A stretch of DNA of 64,000 nucleotides, taken from positions 1 through 64,000 of the IMG/VR virus record IMGVR_UViG_3300010346_000749; one strand, 5' to 3'. Shown piece by piece: positions 34,117-45,331 of this stretch (its first letter is position 1; each line of letters opens with the position of its first letter). Position numbers and translations under genes: made by a program. The stretch is from a virus. The notes under the pieces are model-generated. The model was not told where the DNA came from and made no database searches. It was given only the letters and a program-made list of their open reading frames with translations.

Positions 34117-37100
34117 GTATTTGAAATTAGCAAGTTTAACAGGAAATCCATTGTATGTGTATGATTCAAGATATCAATCAGATACTTCACATTATGAAGC
34201 TGATTTGATTAAACTATCTGGTATTGACAAATATGTTTTTATGGATGATGATGAAACAAAAGTATTTTCTGTTTTTGCAAATTGGATTCCGACAACTTGC
34301 AGTATCAGTTTGAAATTGCAATTTAACCCTCTTTTGTTAAGTAAAGATTTTAGTTTGTTTGGATATGGAAATGATTTAAATCTTAGTAATTCATGGGGTC
34401 TTTTTGTAAAAGAAAATAAATTTCAATTATTGATTTCCAATGGATTGAATTATTTAACAGTAGTTTTCCCATCTTTTACGTTTGACAATAATTTTGACTT
34501 TGCAAAGAAATATAATTTGACATTCATTCAGAATGCTAAAACAGCTACAATTTATCTTGACAATAAAAAGATTGATTCTATTGAATTGCCTTTTTCATTG
34601 GTATCATCACAGATCAATTCAAAAATCTTTATTGGTTCTCTTGGTGATATTACAAGATATGATGCATTTATGGGAAAAATTTTTGAGGTTGGTATCTGGG
34701 ATAGAGAGCTATTTAATGAAGAAATTCAAGATTTGACCAATTTTAGAATTCAAGATAATCCAGCTCTTCAAACAAATGTAAAGAAGATTAAGATTTATCA
34801 AGGTAAGATTTATTATGAAGGCATTTTTCATAATGTGCCAGAATCATCTGTTTATATTCAATGTCAAGGACTTGAAACAGTTGATCTTTGCATCAATGAA
34901 AAAATAATCACTGAAAATGATGATCCTGATTTATTGGATTCATCAGTTGATTATTTCAATTTCAATCGACCCGGCGCTCATAGGTTGTCTTATGAATATC
35001 AAGTAGTCAGAAATGCCAATCCTCAAAATTATGACATTGTCATTACACTGTTAAAATTCCTTGATGGCGTTAAAATCTTTGATTTACTTGAGGAACAAAA
35101 TGGCAAAACGGAATCAAATGTAGTTGTCCCAACTCCTGAAAGTTTGCCAGACAACCTTGCTGAAATTGTCATGGATATTACTGGCAATTTTATTGTTGAA
35201 GGATTGGATGTTTCTATGGTTCAGGGAGTGGATAAATATACCCTTACATTAAATCCCGGTAAATACTATCTGAATGGCAAGAAATATCAACTATCTTCAC
35301 AAAGAACATTTGATATCCCAAAACAATTCCAGACACAGAAAGTTTATGGGGAACCAGTCAAATATATTGAAAATGATACTTATCGTATAAATAAACAACC
35401 TTTGACAAAATCATCAACACCTGAAATTGTTATTCCTGTTGTTGAAAGAAATGTTATGATAACAAAGGGTATTCCGGGTGGACAGGACAGTATTCAAGGA
35501 TTTGGAAATATTATCAAACTCTTGAAAGTTCAAGATACCACAACATATCTCGAAGAGGGAAATACTTCAATCACCCCTTCTTGCCAATTGACAGGAAATA
35601 AAATTGACTGGTCATTACCTGGCAATGAACCATCAGAAGGATCAACATATACGGCTAATTTTATTTACAATAAGCTTTTAATTGAAGGAAAAGATTATTA
35701 TAGATGTTTAGGAAATAAGGTGCAAAAAGAAATTGTTTCTTATAATGCCAGTAATCTCTATCCTGTTTATTATGAACCCGAATTCATTGTTAGAATTAAG
35801 AATGGTTCAATGATTTTTGACAATGATGATGTTGTGATTACTGGAAAAACAATTTCTTTCAAGAATCATTCTTCATTAAATAATACACAACCAATTGAAA
35901 TTATTTACTCCTTTAGTTCACATTCATTCTTTAAGAATAAGTGGTCTATTTATTTTGATCCAACTTCTAATGAATTCAATGCAAACTATTGGGGATACAT
36001 TAATTATGACTATGATCTTGCTGACATTTATACATTGGCTATTTTTGGAAATAATTCAATTGGATTGGTAAAAGGATTGTCTGGAAATTTGGATACGGTT
36101 TCAAAGGCCAATATTGACAAAAATTCATTGCCAATAACTGATATTTTGATTGATTCTTCTTCTTTCTCGGAAAACAATTCAATTAAAAAATATGAATGGA
36201 ATAGAACACCTATATCACAAGTTGTTGAAAATTTAAGAAGAACGGAAAGACTTGAGGAACGAGTTATTTTGAGTTCCTTAGAAACTGAAGCTTCATCTTA
36301 TGCTAGTGCTGATATTCTTAAAGGAACATTTACTGATAGTTTGGCCGATTATAATTATTCAAATATTTATCATCCTGAATTTACTGGCCATATTGATATG
36401 ATTGATTCTCTTGGCAATCTTTGTTCTGGACTAGAAAAAAAAGTCTTTCAAACTGTTGGAAATGCAAATGCAAGATTTAAAGAATTTGGATACATGCCAA
36501 TTGTTTCTCAACAGAATAATGAAACAATCCAGATTTCCGATGTATTGAAATTTGGTTCCAATACGGAATCAACATTTAAATCTATCAGTGTTTACAATGA
36601 TTATGATTATATCAGTGAATCAAATGATCAATGGCCACAAAAATTTGTTGATAACATTCTTTTCAATCGTAGACCAATTATTCCATCAACGATAAATACA
36701 CAATCAACAAATGGAATGGACATTCAAAATCAGTCTTATTTGAAATCAATCACTGAAAAATTAAATAAGATGGTTCAATGGTCTTCTTTTAAAATGACCA
36801 ATAAAGAATTAATTCTCGTTGGTATTAATCACAATTCATCGGAGTCCAATCTTTCTGTTTTGGTTGGCAATAAAGAAGTTCAATTGGAACAGGTTTCATT
36901 GTTGTTTGACAATATTAAACAACAATTTTATGTTCCAAATGTTCAAACAACAACGTCAACAAATAAAACTGTTTATATTTATGAACCAATCCAAAGTGGC
37001 TCCGGTTGGATAGTTCAAGACAATAAAATAACCTGTAATCTCAATGGGGAATTTGTTGTTAAGGTAAAACTGGAAGGATTAAATATTTCAACTGGATTGG

Positions 37101-38980
37101 TTGAATTAAAGGTTGTTGATGCATCACAAAATAAATCCACAATCACTTTGAATTGTAGTGGCATCAATAATAAGATTAGAAACATTTTAGTCAACAATAA
37201 AAGAATGGATGATAGTATTTTTGGTATTTCACCATTCATGAATCAGTCCAATCCTTTTTATGTTCAACCTTTTAAAGTAAATGAATCCAGAATTCTGAAC
37301 AATGTTTCGATTCTTTCAACATTTCTTGATTTTTCGAGGCCAATTGTTATTAGTATTCAAGAATTTGAAAATGGTAAGCCTGGTAAAATTCTTACTCAAA
37401 AAATCATTTCAAAGGAATCTGATGTTTCAATTACCAATGTCATTAATAGTTTAACACCGATACAAAAGATGAATGTCATTTTTAATCAACCTGTAATTTT
37501 AAGACCTGATCAAACATATTGTATTGGTATTAATTCTAGTTCACCTTTGTTGAATATTGGTATCATCCAAAAAGGTCAACCATCAATTTTTAATAATTTG
37601 ATGATTACTAATCTGACACAAAATTATCCTCTTCGTCAATTGTTAGATGAGGATTCTTATAAGGTTCTTGAGAATATGGAATTGTCATTTAATCTTGGAG
37701 TAAGTTCTGTGAGTGCTCCTGTTGTTAATGGATTTTATCAATCAGAAATTGTTTTTAAGGAAATCGAATTTCAGCCATCAGATAGAGGATATCATTTCTC
37801 TGTATTGATTGATGATTTGAATTATTTTGACAACCAAACAAAAGTTGATTATTATTACACCGTTGAAACTGAAAGCACTCCTGCTGGTGTGTATGGAACA
37901 ATTTGGGAACAATTTTTGCCGTATACTGTAATTCAGAATAATTCAAAAATCATTAAACTTCAGATTAAAGCTGTATTAAAAACAAAGAACATTAATTATT
38001 CTCCAAGTGTTCACTTGTATCCATCTGTGGTAATTTATAAATATAAATCATCTTCTAACTATATTTCAAAAGCTTTTGAATTGTTTGAAAATAATGCTGA
38101 CAACGTTAAAATTTACTTTGATGCTTATTTGCCAACTGATAACCTTTTAAAGATTTACGTGTCTCCAAATGATTCAAGTGATTGGAGAGAAATTGATTAT
38201 TCAAATGAAATTTCAAAATCAAATGGAACATTTGCCAAGTTTACATATCTGACAAAATTGTCATTGTTGAAACCAAACATTTTAGAAATTTCAAAAGATG
38301 GTTCGGGTAGTTTAACGGGTAAGTATTATTATCGAGTGGCTTTGTTAGATAGGGATGGATTTGAAATTGGTTCTGAATTAGTAGAAATTAATGGATGTTC
38401 GAATAATTCAGTGAAGTTAAAAATACAACCAGATAAAAACATGTATGGTTTTAAAGTTTATAGGGGAATTACTTCTATTCAATTGAATCAGATTTATGAT
38501 TCAACATCACATGCACTGTTAATACAAAATCTGGATAATCAATCAACAACAGTATTCTTAGATACAAATAAACTCATTGATTTCCCAAATTCTGGTAAAA
38601 TTAGAATTGACAATGAAATTATGACATTTACAAAATCTGGAAATGCTTTAACAGTTGTTCGTGGGTCTGATTCAACCAGAATTGAAAAACATGATGCCAA
38701 TGGTGTCAGAGAAGCTTATTTGTGGGATCACGGAACAATTATTCAGGAATCATTAAATGGTCAATGTCCATCATTAATACAAGATGGAAATATATTCTAT
38801 TTCAATTTTGTTGATAATGGTTCAAAATATTCTACTAATACTACAAAGGTATTTGTTCCTTCATCTACAAACCAAACTTCTATTTATCCCAAGTATATTT
38901 TGGTGAAGATTCAAATGATTAATAATTTGTTAAAAGATACTCCTTTAATCAAGAACTTGATTGTCAATGCCTTGGTTTAA
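34109..38980 (+). CDS. giant distal protein, family member 2, N-terminal LamG-like lectin domain
   Basis: 1623 aa. LamG-type pattern (IYLDNKKIDSIELPF...IFIGSLGD...GKIFEVGIWDRELFNEEIQDL), then family motifs NFNRPGAHRLSYEY, SLETEA and LKGTFTDSLADY. Confidence 0.7.
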   Translation: MAKYLKLASLTGNPLYVYDSRYQSDTSHYEADLIKLSGIDKYVFMDDDETKVFSVFANWIPTTCSISLKLQFNPLLLSKDFSLFGYGNDLNLSNSWGLFVKENKFQLLISNGLNYLTVVFPSFTFDNNFDFAKKYNLTFIQNAKTATIYLDNKKIDSIELPFSLVSSQINSKIFIGSLGDITRYDAFMGKIFEVGIWDRELFNEEIQDLTNFRIQDNPALQTNVKKIKIYQGKIYYEGIFHNVPESSVYIQCQGLETVDLCINEKIITENDDPDLLDSSVDYFNFNRPGAHRLSYEYQVVRNANPQNYDIVITLLKFLDGVKIFDLLEEQNGKTESNVVVPTPESLPDNLAEIVMDITGNFIVEGLDVSMVQGVDKYTLTLNPGKYYLNGKKYQLSSQRTFDIPKQFQTQKVYGEPVKYIENDTYRINKQPLTKSSTPEIVIPVVERNVMITKGIPGGQDSIQGFGNIIKLLKVQDTTTYLEEGNTSITPSCQLTGNKIDWSLPGNEPSEGSTYTANFIYNKLLIEGKDYYRCLGNKVQKEIVSYNASNLYPVYYEPEFIVRIKNGSMIFDNDDVVITGKTISFKNHSSLNNTQPIEIIYSFSSHSFFKNKWSIYFDPTSNEFNANYWGYINYDYDLADIYTLAIFGNNSIGLVKGLSGNLDTVSKANIDKNSLPITDILIDSSSFSENNSIKKYEWNRTPISQVVENLRRTERLEERVILSSLETEASSYASADILKGTFTDSLADYNYSNIYHPEFTGHIDMIDSLGNLCSGLEKKVFQTVGNANARFKEFGYMPIVSQQNNETIQISDVLKFGSNTESTFKSISVYNDYDYISESNDQWPQKFVDNILFNRRPIIPSTINTQSTNGMDIQNQSYLKSITEKLNKMVQWSSFKMTNKELILVGINHNSSESNLSVLVGNKEVQLEQVSLLFDNIKQQFYVPNVQTTTSTNKTVYIYEPIQSGSGWIVQDNKITCNLNGEFVVKVKLEGLNISTGLVELKVVDASQNKSTITLNCSGINNKIRNILVNNKRMDDSIFGISPFMNQSNPFYVQPFKVNESRILNNVSILSTFLDFSRPIVISIQEFENGKPGKILTQKIISKESDVSITNVINSLTPIQKMNVIFNQPVILRPDQTYCIGINSSSPLLNIGIIQKGQPSIFNNLMITNLTQNYPLRQLLDEDSYKVLENMELSFNLGVSSVSAPVVNGFYQSEIVFKEIEFQPSDRGYHFSVLIDDLNYFDNQTKVDYYYTVETESTPAGVYGTIWEQFLPYTVIQNNSKIIKLQIKAVLKTKNINYSPSVHLYPSVVIYKYKSSSNYISKAFELFENNADNVKIYFDAYLPTDNLLKIYVSPNDSSDWREIDYSNEISKSNGTFAKFTYLTKLSLLKPNILEISKDGSGSLTGKYYYRVALLDRDGFEIGSELVEINGCSNNSVKLKIQPDKNMYGFKVYRGITSIQLNQIYDSTSHALLIQNLDNQSTTVFLDTNKLIDFPNSGKIRIDNEIMTFTKSGNALTVVRGSDSTRIEKHDANGVREAYLWDHGTIIQESLNGQCPSLIQDGNIFYFNFVDNGSKYSTNTTKVFVPSSTNQTSIYPKYILVKIQMINNLLKDTPLIKNLIVNALV

Positions 38981-38998
38981 TAAAGAGAGGTATATTAA

Positions 38999-41900
38999 AT
39001 GAAATCAATTATGGATGCTACTAGGAAGCCGTATTATGATTCATCGGCTGAAGAAATAAGTAAAGGATATGTCAAATTATTGTCAGTTCCCGGAAGAACA
39101 TTACAAAATAGAGAATTGAATGTAATGACCGGATTGACAATGGAACATATCAAAAATATTGGGGATAACATTTTAACAAATGGAACGGTTGTGTCTGGAT
39201 GCTCTTTCTTTCTCCGAGAAGATATAGGGAGAGCATCCCTTTCCAATGGTAAAATTTATGTTGATGGATATATCATTGATATTCCGAATGCTGAATGGCC
39301 CATTGAAGATGTTATTGAAGGTGTCAAATTTATTTGTGTTGAAATCCATCAAATGGCAATTACCGAAGAAGATGACCCATTATTAAAAGACCCTGCTGAA
39401 AAGTATGAAAACTATGGTGAACCAGGCGCTCATAGATTGAAAATTATTTCTGTTCCATTAATCTTTACGGAAGAGGAATTGAAAATTGCTCAGTCTGGTT
39501 CCAGAAGAATCATTGATATTTTGAAATTGATTAATGGGCGTCTTATTGGCCCAACTAAACCAAAACCTGCTTTTGGTAAAATGTATGATTATCTTGCTCA
39601 TAGAACATTTGATGAAGTTGGCAATTTTATTGTCAAGGGAATGAAAGTTTCCTGTTCTTCTGATGAATCAACGATTGAAAGATACAAGATCAATATTACT
39701 CCCGGCAGAGCTTATGTAATGGGATATGAATACAGTTATGATAATCAAAATATCAAAAATAAATCTGCCATTGATAGTAAAAATTCAACAGTTGATGAAG
39801 TGAGAACATTTACTTCTTCGGTTAAAGAATATAAACTGTTTAAACCAAATGTCAAGCTTATTGAAAAAATTCAATGTCAAGTTCGAAATAATAACTTCCA
39901 AGTTATTCGATCAGTTTCAGGCTCCATGTCTGATATTTTGAAACTTGATTCTGTAAAAGAAATTCATCAGATTTTTCAAGGGAATAATGTTTATGTAAAT
40001 GGAAGAGATTGGACAAGGGATGGTAATTCAATTGTGTGGTTATCATCAAATAGACCTGCTTCTGGTTCAACATTCTTTGTTGATATTTCCTATATAAGAA
40101 GATATTATGAAGGTGTTGATTATTCTCTTTCTGTTGATGATGACAATTATACCATCATAATGTTTCAAGTTGATCCAGAAGAAAATTCGGATTTTACCAT
40201 TACTTATACTTGGTATCTTTCACGTTATGATTTAGTTTATATTGACATTTCTGGTGAGTTAAAAGTAATTTCTGGTATTGCTGGTGAAGAGTGGGAAATA
40301 ACAGTTCCACAAATTCCAATTAATACTCTTCCATTGGCTTATATCTATGTCAAACCAGGCAAACAACCATCAAGTTATTCAGTTCAAATGTTTAATATTT
40401 ATAGAGTTTCGGTTGTTGATCAAAGAGCCAATATTGATAGACTTAACAATTTGGAATTCAATTTAGCTATGACAGCACTTGAAACAGAAGCCCAAAAGAT
40501 ACATGAACAGAAAGATGAATCACAATCAAGTGGTAATTTAAAAGGTATTTATGTTGATTCATTTGCTGATTTTTCAAGATCAGACTATTATCATCCTGAT
40601 TATAGAGCAGGCATTAATATCTTTGAACAAGAATTAAGATTACCACTGGTTTCTGAAATTCTTGGTGTTAAGGAAATTGAAAACAATCAAATCATTGATA
40701 CATCCTCTACTACATTCAATAATGATTATATGATTTCTCTTCCTTATTCTGAAATGGCAATTGACTGGCAAAGATATGCAACAGATTCAATTGATTTGAA
40801 TCCTTATAATTTGATTCCATTGAAACCAATCTTGGAAGTTAAACCGCCATATTCAGTAAAGATTGAAGAACGTATTGCTAGAGATACAGAAGTTATTTTA
40901 CCATTAAAGACATTTATGTCAAGTTCAACAATTCGAAATTCTACATCAAGAACCGTTAGCACATCAACAACGGTTGGAAGTGGAAATACTGTTATTAGTA
41001 GTTGGAGTTCTGTTTCAACATCATCAACAACTTCAACATCAACTTCAAGATCAGTTAAAAATGAAACATTTAAAAATATTTCAATGAAATTTCTTGAGGA
41101 TTTAGATACTGGATTGATGCCACAAGAAACATTGAGAATCAAGGGAAGGAATTTTATTCCATTTTCAGAAGTGCGATTGAATTTTAATGATGTTTTAATT
41201 ACTTCTTTCAATCTCTTGCCAAATATGGGCACTGTCGGAAGTTTGCCATATCAGATTAAAACAAATAGTCGTGGGGAATTCGAATTAGATTTCAAAACGC
41301 CTGTTGCAACATCAACTGGAACAAAGTTGATTATGGTGGCTGAATATAAACAAATCAACAATGTATGGCAATCAACTGACACTGTTGCCATTACTTCTTA
41401 TACTGGACTTTCTTTTATTCGTGAAATGGAAAGAATTACAGAAGTTCAGAACATTCAAAGAATCTACGATACTATGTATATCAACACTTTGAATACTACA
41501 ACTGTTAGTGTTGTTAATCAATTAGGATGGACATGGCGAGGCGATCCATTGGCACAATCTTTCTGGTTTGATGAAGATACATTCATTTCAAGTTTTGATT
41601 TGTTCTTTGAATCAAAGCCTGAAAATCCAGAGATTAAAGAAATTTGGTATATGATTAGGGAAATATCTGGTGGGGAACCAAATGGCCCAATTCTTTATAG
41701 ATCAACTTTGCGATGGGAAGATATTAAAACTTCGCCAGATGCAACAATTCCAACAAACTTTAAATTCAATTTCCCAATATATTGTCAACCTTCAAAAGAA
41801 TACGCTTTGATTGTTGGCTGTGATAGGCCGGGATATAAGATTTATTTTGCTAAGATGAGTAATAAAGATATCATGACAAATACTTTATTACAGTCTCAAA

Positions 41901-42331
41901 CACATAAGGGAACAATGTTTACATCTTCAAATAATGTTTCATGGACGACACATCAAGACCAAGACTTAACATTTACACTCTATCGTGCTAAATTCAATCC
42001 GATTGGAACATTGCTATTTAAACCATTGTCATTATCTCTTGGGAAATTTTCACTCATGAATATTTCATTTGATTCTATCGTTTTGGAAGAGACAGAAATC
42101 AAAACAACATACCAAATTAATAATAAAGAATGGTATATTTGTCCATTGTCCGAATCAATTTCAATAGAATCGAATTATGATGACAGACAAGATATCATTT
42201 TTAAATTCGAATTGTCAACTTCTGATGATAGAAAGACACCATTTATCAATTTAAATACTCTTTCAATGTTGTTTGCTAAATATGGATTGACTGGGTCTTA
42301 TATTATGAGAAGCATGGAAATTCCAAATTAA
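38999..42331 (+). CDS. giant distal protein, family member 3, with Ser/Thr-rich linker
   Basis: 1110 aa; KGYVKLLSVPGRTLQNRELNVM, NYGEPGAHRLK, ALETEA, LKGIYVDSFADF; STSRTVSTSTTVGSGNTVISSWSSVSTSSTTSTSTSRS linker. Confidence 0.7.
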   Translation: MKSIMDATRKPYYDSSAEEISKGYVKLLSVPGRTLQNRELNVMTGLTMEHIKNIGDNILTNGTVVSGCSFFLREDIGRASLSNGKIYVDGYIIDIPNAEWPIEDVIEGVKFICVEIHQMAITEEDDPLLKDPAEKYENYGEPGAHRLKIISVPLIFTEEELKIAQSGSRRIIDILKLINGRLIGPTKPKPAFGKMYDYLAHRTFDEVGNFIVKGMKVSCSSDESTIERYKINITPGRAYVMGYEYSYDNQNIKNKSAIDSKNSTVDEVRTFTSSVKEYKLFKPNVKLIEKIQCQVRNNNFQVIRSVSGSMSDILKLDSVKEIHQIFQGNNVYVNGRDWTRDGNSIVWLSSNRPASGSTFFVDISYIRRYYEGVDYSLSVDDDNYTIIMFQVDPEENSDFTITYTWYLSRYDLVYIDISGELKVISGIAGEEWEITVPQIPINTLPLAYIYVKPGKQPSSYSVQMFNIYRVSVVDQRANIDRLNNLEFNLAMTALETEAQKIHEQKDESQSSGNLKGIYVDSFADFSRSDYYHPDYRAGINIFEQELRLPLVSEILGVKEIENNQIIDTSSTTFNNDYMISLPYSEMAIDWQRYATDSIDLNPYNLIPLKPILEVKPPYSVKIEERIARDTEVILPLKTFMSSSTIRNSTSRTVSTSTTVGSGNTVISSWSSVSTSSTTSTSTSRSVKNETFKNISMKFLEDLDTGLMPQETLRIKGRNFIPFSEVRLNFNDVLITSFNLLPNMGTVGSLPYQIKTNSRGEFELDFKTPVATSTGTKLIMVAEYKQINNVWQSTDTVAITSYTGLSFIREMERITEVQNIQRIYDTMYINTLNTTTVSVVNQLGWTWRGDPLAQSFWFDEDTFISSFDLFFESKPENPEIKEIWYMIREISGGEPNGPILYRSTLRWEDIKTSPDATIPTNFKFNFPIYCQPSKEYALIVGCDRPGYKIYFAKMSNKDIMTNTLLQSQTHKGTMFTSSNNVSWTTHQDQDLTFTLYRAKFNPIGTLLFKPLSLSLGKFSLMNISFDSIVLEETEIKTTYQINNKEWYICPLSESISIESNYDDRQDIIFKFELSTSDDRKTPFINLNTLSMLFAKYGLTGSYIMRSMEIPN

Positions 42332-42343
42332 AGGTGATTAAAT

Positions 42344-44866
42344 ATGGTTGTTCAAAATCCTGTTCAAAATCAAATTCAAACTAGTGAATTTATGAATAAA
42401 ATTAGAGTTGTATGGAAGGAGAGTGTGGATAGATCAATTCACACTCTTTCACCAAGTTTATCATTTGATGGTGGGTTGTATTGGATTTCATTGAGTGAAA
42501 ATGTAAATGCAATGAGACAACAAGAAGTTGTTTCAACTGATACAATGGAAAGAAAATCATTAGGTGATAATTATTATCAAATGGATGTTTGTATTAGTCC
42601 AACTCCTGTTGTTATTCCATTCATTGAAAGAGTTGAAATTAAAAATTCAGCTTTTGGCTTTGCAAGTGGTAAGAAATGGTATTTTGCGGTTGCATCGGAA
42701 TCTTATGATGTTCCGAATATCTCAAAAGAAGATGGATCAATTAGAAATACCTATTTCCATTCACCACTATCTAAAATTGAATGTGTTGATTTGACTAATA
42801 AAACTGGAAATTTTGAAATTGATCTTTTTGTAAAATACCCTGATTTTATCAATGGTATTCTTGTTTACGTTGGAGAATCGCCAGAATCAATGGTTCTTTA
42901 TCAACATACAAATATGGCTACTGAAATTTTTGACAATGGATCAACACAATCTCCTTATTTCATTACGGAAAGTGATAATATTATCTATTTGAGAAATGCT
43001 GATTATTTTCCGAAAACTAACGGGGTTATTAAAATTGATTCCGAATATATTCAATACTCTCTTCTTGAGTCCGTAGAAAATGTTTTAACCACTGGAATAC
43101 CCGGTTATAAAATGACTGTTGCTCAAAGGGGATATTGGGGAACAAAACCGGAAAAACACTATTCCATGAATCAAAATCCTGTTCTGTTAGCTAATCACAG
43201 GTTTGGTGGACAATATGGTGAGATTGCACCAAAGATTTGGCCTAAGCTTCAAATGGTGCCAAATTTGATCCAATATCTTCCTTTTGATAATAGCGATTAT
43301 TCAAATTATTTGATAAAAGACCCAGATACAACTTCTGAAGTTCTTATGCAAGATGTTTTGGAAGTTCCAGCAAATCAAAATGGATTATCTTTTTCAAAAG
43401 AAATTTCCATTACACAATTTGGGCAATCATTAAAAATGAACAGTATTTCTTGTTTGAATCCAAATATTGCTTGGACAAAGATTAATTCTGCTGGCGAAAC
43501 GGAAGTTGTAAATGGTTTGCCTGCTAGTGGAACAATTCATTTTTATGTTGCTCTTGATTCTTTGCCAAAGCCATCAGAGAATGGAATATTTGAAGAGGAC
43601 AAATTCTTATTTGGAGAAGATTCAAAACTTTGGATGAGAGTATCAAATAAAACAATGAAACCATATCTTGGATTTGGTGTAAAAGAGAATGGATTATTTA
43701 CCGATAAGAATCTTTCTTTGGAAAATGATTCAAGTGTTCCTTCATTGAAAATTGGTCAATTTACGGAAATTGCTGTTGCATGGGACACTGAGATTGATTC
43801 TTCAAATAAAGCTGTCAAACAAATTTATTTTTATGTAGACAATGAATTGATTGACACATATTCAATTCCAAATGATCCTAATTTGGGTGCACCTTTCTTA
43901 GGTGCCTGTAAGCAAACTAAAAATAGTAATATTCCTCTTCATATTTTCAAAGGCTATATTGATGAGTGGAGAGTATTTAATCGTTGTTTAGATCAAGATG
44001 ATTTAATTGAATTGAGTCAATTTGTCAAAACATCAAATAGAGATTATTGTGGCAAATATAGTTTATTTGATGATTCCCAGTATAAATTTTTAGCTAAACC
44101 ATATTTTGAAATCAGTGCATCACCAATTGCAACAATTTCTTTAACAAAAGATCAATATCCAAATATTTTTAATGATTTTAATGATTTTAATGATGATTGT
44201 GTGTGTATTTATTTTGGAAATGTTAAACAAACAAATGGGTATACAGTTTCAAAAGATACGAATCAAATTACAATCACATTTAGCCCAACTGTTCCGGTTA
44301 ATACCAGAGTTGGTGTTTTTTCAAATAGTATTAACAAATATGAACCAAAATATAAACTCTTGGTAAATGGATTATTGAACGATACTCATAATAGTATTTC
44401 TCCTTCATATTCAAAATTAGTTGTTGAAAATGTGCAAGGAGAATTATTGCCAAGTGGTATGGATTTAGGTAAATTGGAAAACGTTTTTATTGATGCCATG
44501 TCTAAAAAAGATTTGTATATTTATGAAAGAACTGGCACAAGCCCAAATTATGTTTATACACTCTATTCAAATTGGGATGTAGAACCGTTAAATGGTGTTC
44601 AAGATAAATATAAATTTACTTTTGGAAATGCTTCATCCAAAACATTAGTATTTTATTTTTCACCACAAACAGACGTATCTTTACAATTAAATAATTGGGC
44701 CCTTGAACTTGGATATGATTATGACAATCAACAAATTCCATACCCAATTAAATCAAATAATTTGAAATTGAAAATGGATATGTCTTCCTTGAGTATTTTT
44801 AGCACTCCGAAGGTAAAAGAGCTCTTTTTGATTGTGTCAAAAACATCTATGCCTGATATGTTATAA
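42344..44866 (+). CDS. virion protein with LamG-like lectin domain
   Basis: 840 aa; ...IYFYVDNELIDTYSIPN...FKGYIDEWRVFNRCLDQDDL fits the concanavalin/LamG pattern. Confidence 0.6.
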   Translation: MVVQNPVQNQIQTSEFMNKIRVVWKESVDRSIHTLSPSLSFDGGLYWISLSENVNAMRQQEVVSTDTMERKSLGDNYYQMDVCISPTPVVIPFIERVEIKNSAFGFASGKKWYFAVASESYDVPNISKEDGSIRNTYFHSPLSKIECVDLTNKTGNFEIDLFVKYPDFINGILVYVGESPESMVLYQHTNMATEIFDNGSTQSPYFITESDNIIYLRNADYFPKTNGVIKIDSEYIQYSLLESVENVLTTGIPGYKMTVAQRGYWGTKPEKHYSMNQNPVLLANHRFGGQYGEIAPKIWPKLQMVPNLIQYLPFDNSDYSNYLIKDPDTTSEVLMQDVLEVPANQNGLSFSKEISITQFGQSLKMNSISCLNPNIAWTKINSAGETEVVNGLPASGTIHFYVALDSLPKPSENGIFEEDKFLFGEDSKLWMRVSNKTMKPYLGFGVKENGLFTDKNLSLENDSSVPSLKIGQFTEIAVAWDTEIDSSNKAVKQIYFYVDNELIDTYSIPNDPNLGAPFLGACKQTKNSNIPLHIFKGYIDEWRVFNRCLDQDDLIELSQFVKTSNRDYCGKYSLFDDSQYKFLAKPYFEISASPIATISLTKDQYPNIFNDFNDFNDDCVCIYFGNVKQTNGYTVSKDTNQITITFSPTVPVNTRVGVFSNSINKYEPKYKLLVNGLLNDTHNSISPSYSKLVVENVQGELLPSGMDLGKLENVFIDAMSKKDLYIYERTGTSPNYVYTLYSNWDVEPLNGVQDKYKFTFGNASSKTLVFYFSPQTDVSLQLNNWALELGYDYDNQQIPYPIKSNNLKLKMDMSSLSIFSTPKVKELFLIVSKTSMPDML

Positions 44867-45086
44867 TGAAAGGAAATTCAAGAGGGAAGTTAAGAAAAGA
44901 GACCCTATTAGTGGGGCTATCATATATGAACAGACGGCTGAAGAGAAATTAACAGAGAATTTAAGATTAGAGATTAAAACATTAAAAAAAGAAGTTTCCA
45001 ATCTTAAAGACTTTCGGGTTCAATCCATAGCTTTGATACAACAATTGACTGAACGAATTGATAAATTGGAAAATGGGGGTAATTAA
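44832..45086 (+). CDS. coiled-coil ORF without an ATG, overlapping the end of 42344-44866 in the +1 frame
   Basis: 84-codon open frame; no in-frame ATG (TTG at 44832); the start or a frameshift origin is unresolved. Confidence 0.3.
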   Translation: MCQKHLCLICYNERKFKREVKKRDPISGAIIYEQTAEEKLTENLRLEIKTLKKEVSNLKDFRVQSIALIQQLTERIDKLENGGN

Positions 45087-45254
45087 ATGCCCAATTATCA
45101 TGGCAATTTTAAAATTGATGATTTGAACATTGCTCAATTTTTAAATGAATTGGAAATTGTTCTGTTAGAACTAATGGATAAAAATGGGATTGATCCTAAA
45201 GACTTTAAATTATTTAAACAAATAGGTGCACATTATACGGTCAAAAAAGATTGA
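45087..45254 (+). CDS. small hypothetical protein (55 aa, below track cutoff)
   Basis: ATG overlaps the upstream TAA (TAAATG), GGGGG upstream; MPNYHGNFKIDDLNIAQFLNELE...; terminator follows. Confidence 0.45.
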   Translation: MPNYHGNFKIDDLNIAQFLNELEIVLLELMDKNGIDPKDFKLFKQIGAHYTVKKD

Positions 45255-45284
45255 TCCTATAAATAAAAAGAGAATAAAATTAAA

Positions 45285-45316
45285 TTGGTGGTGGAGATTC
45301 TGCCGCCAATTTTTTC
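45285..45316 (+). terminator. intrinsic terminator
   Basis: TTGGTGGTGG...GCCGCCAA stem (with G-T pairs) followed by TTTTTTC. Confidence 0.6.
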
Positions 45317-45331
45317 ATAGGGAGTGCTATT

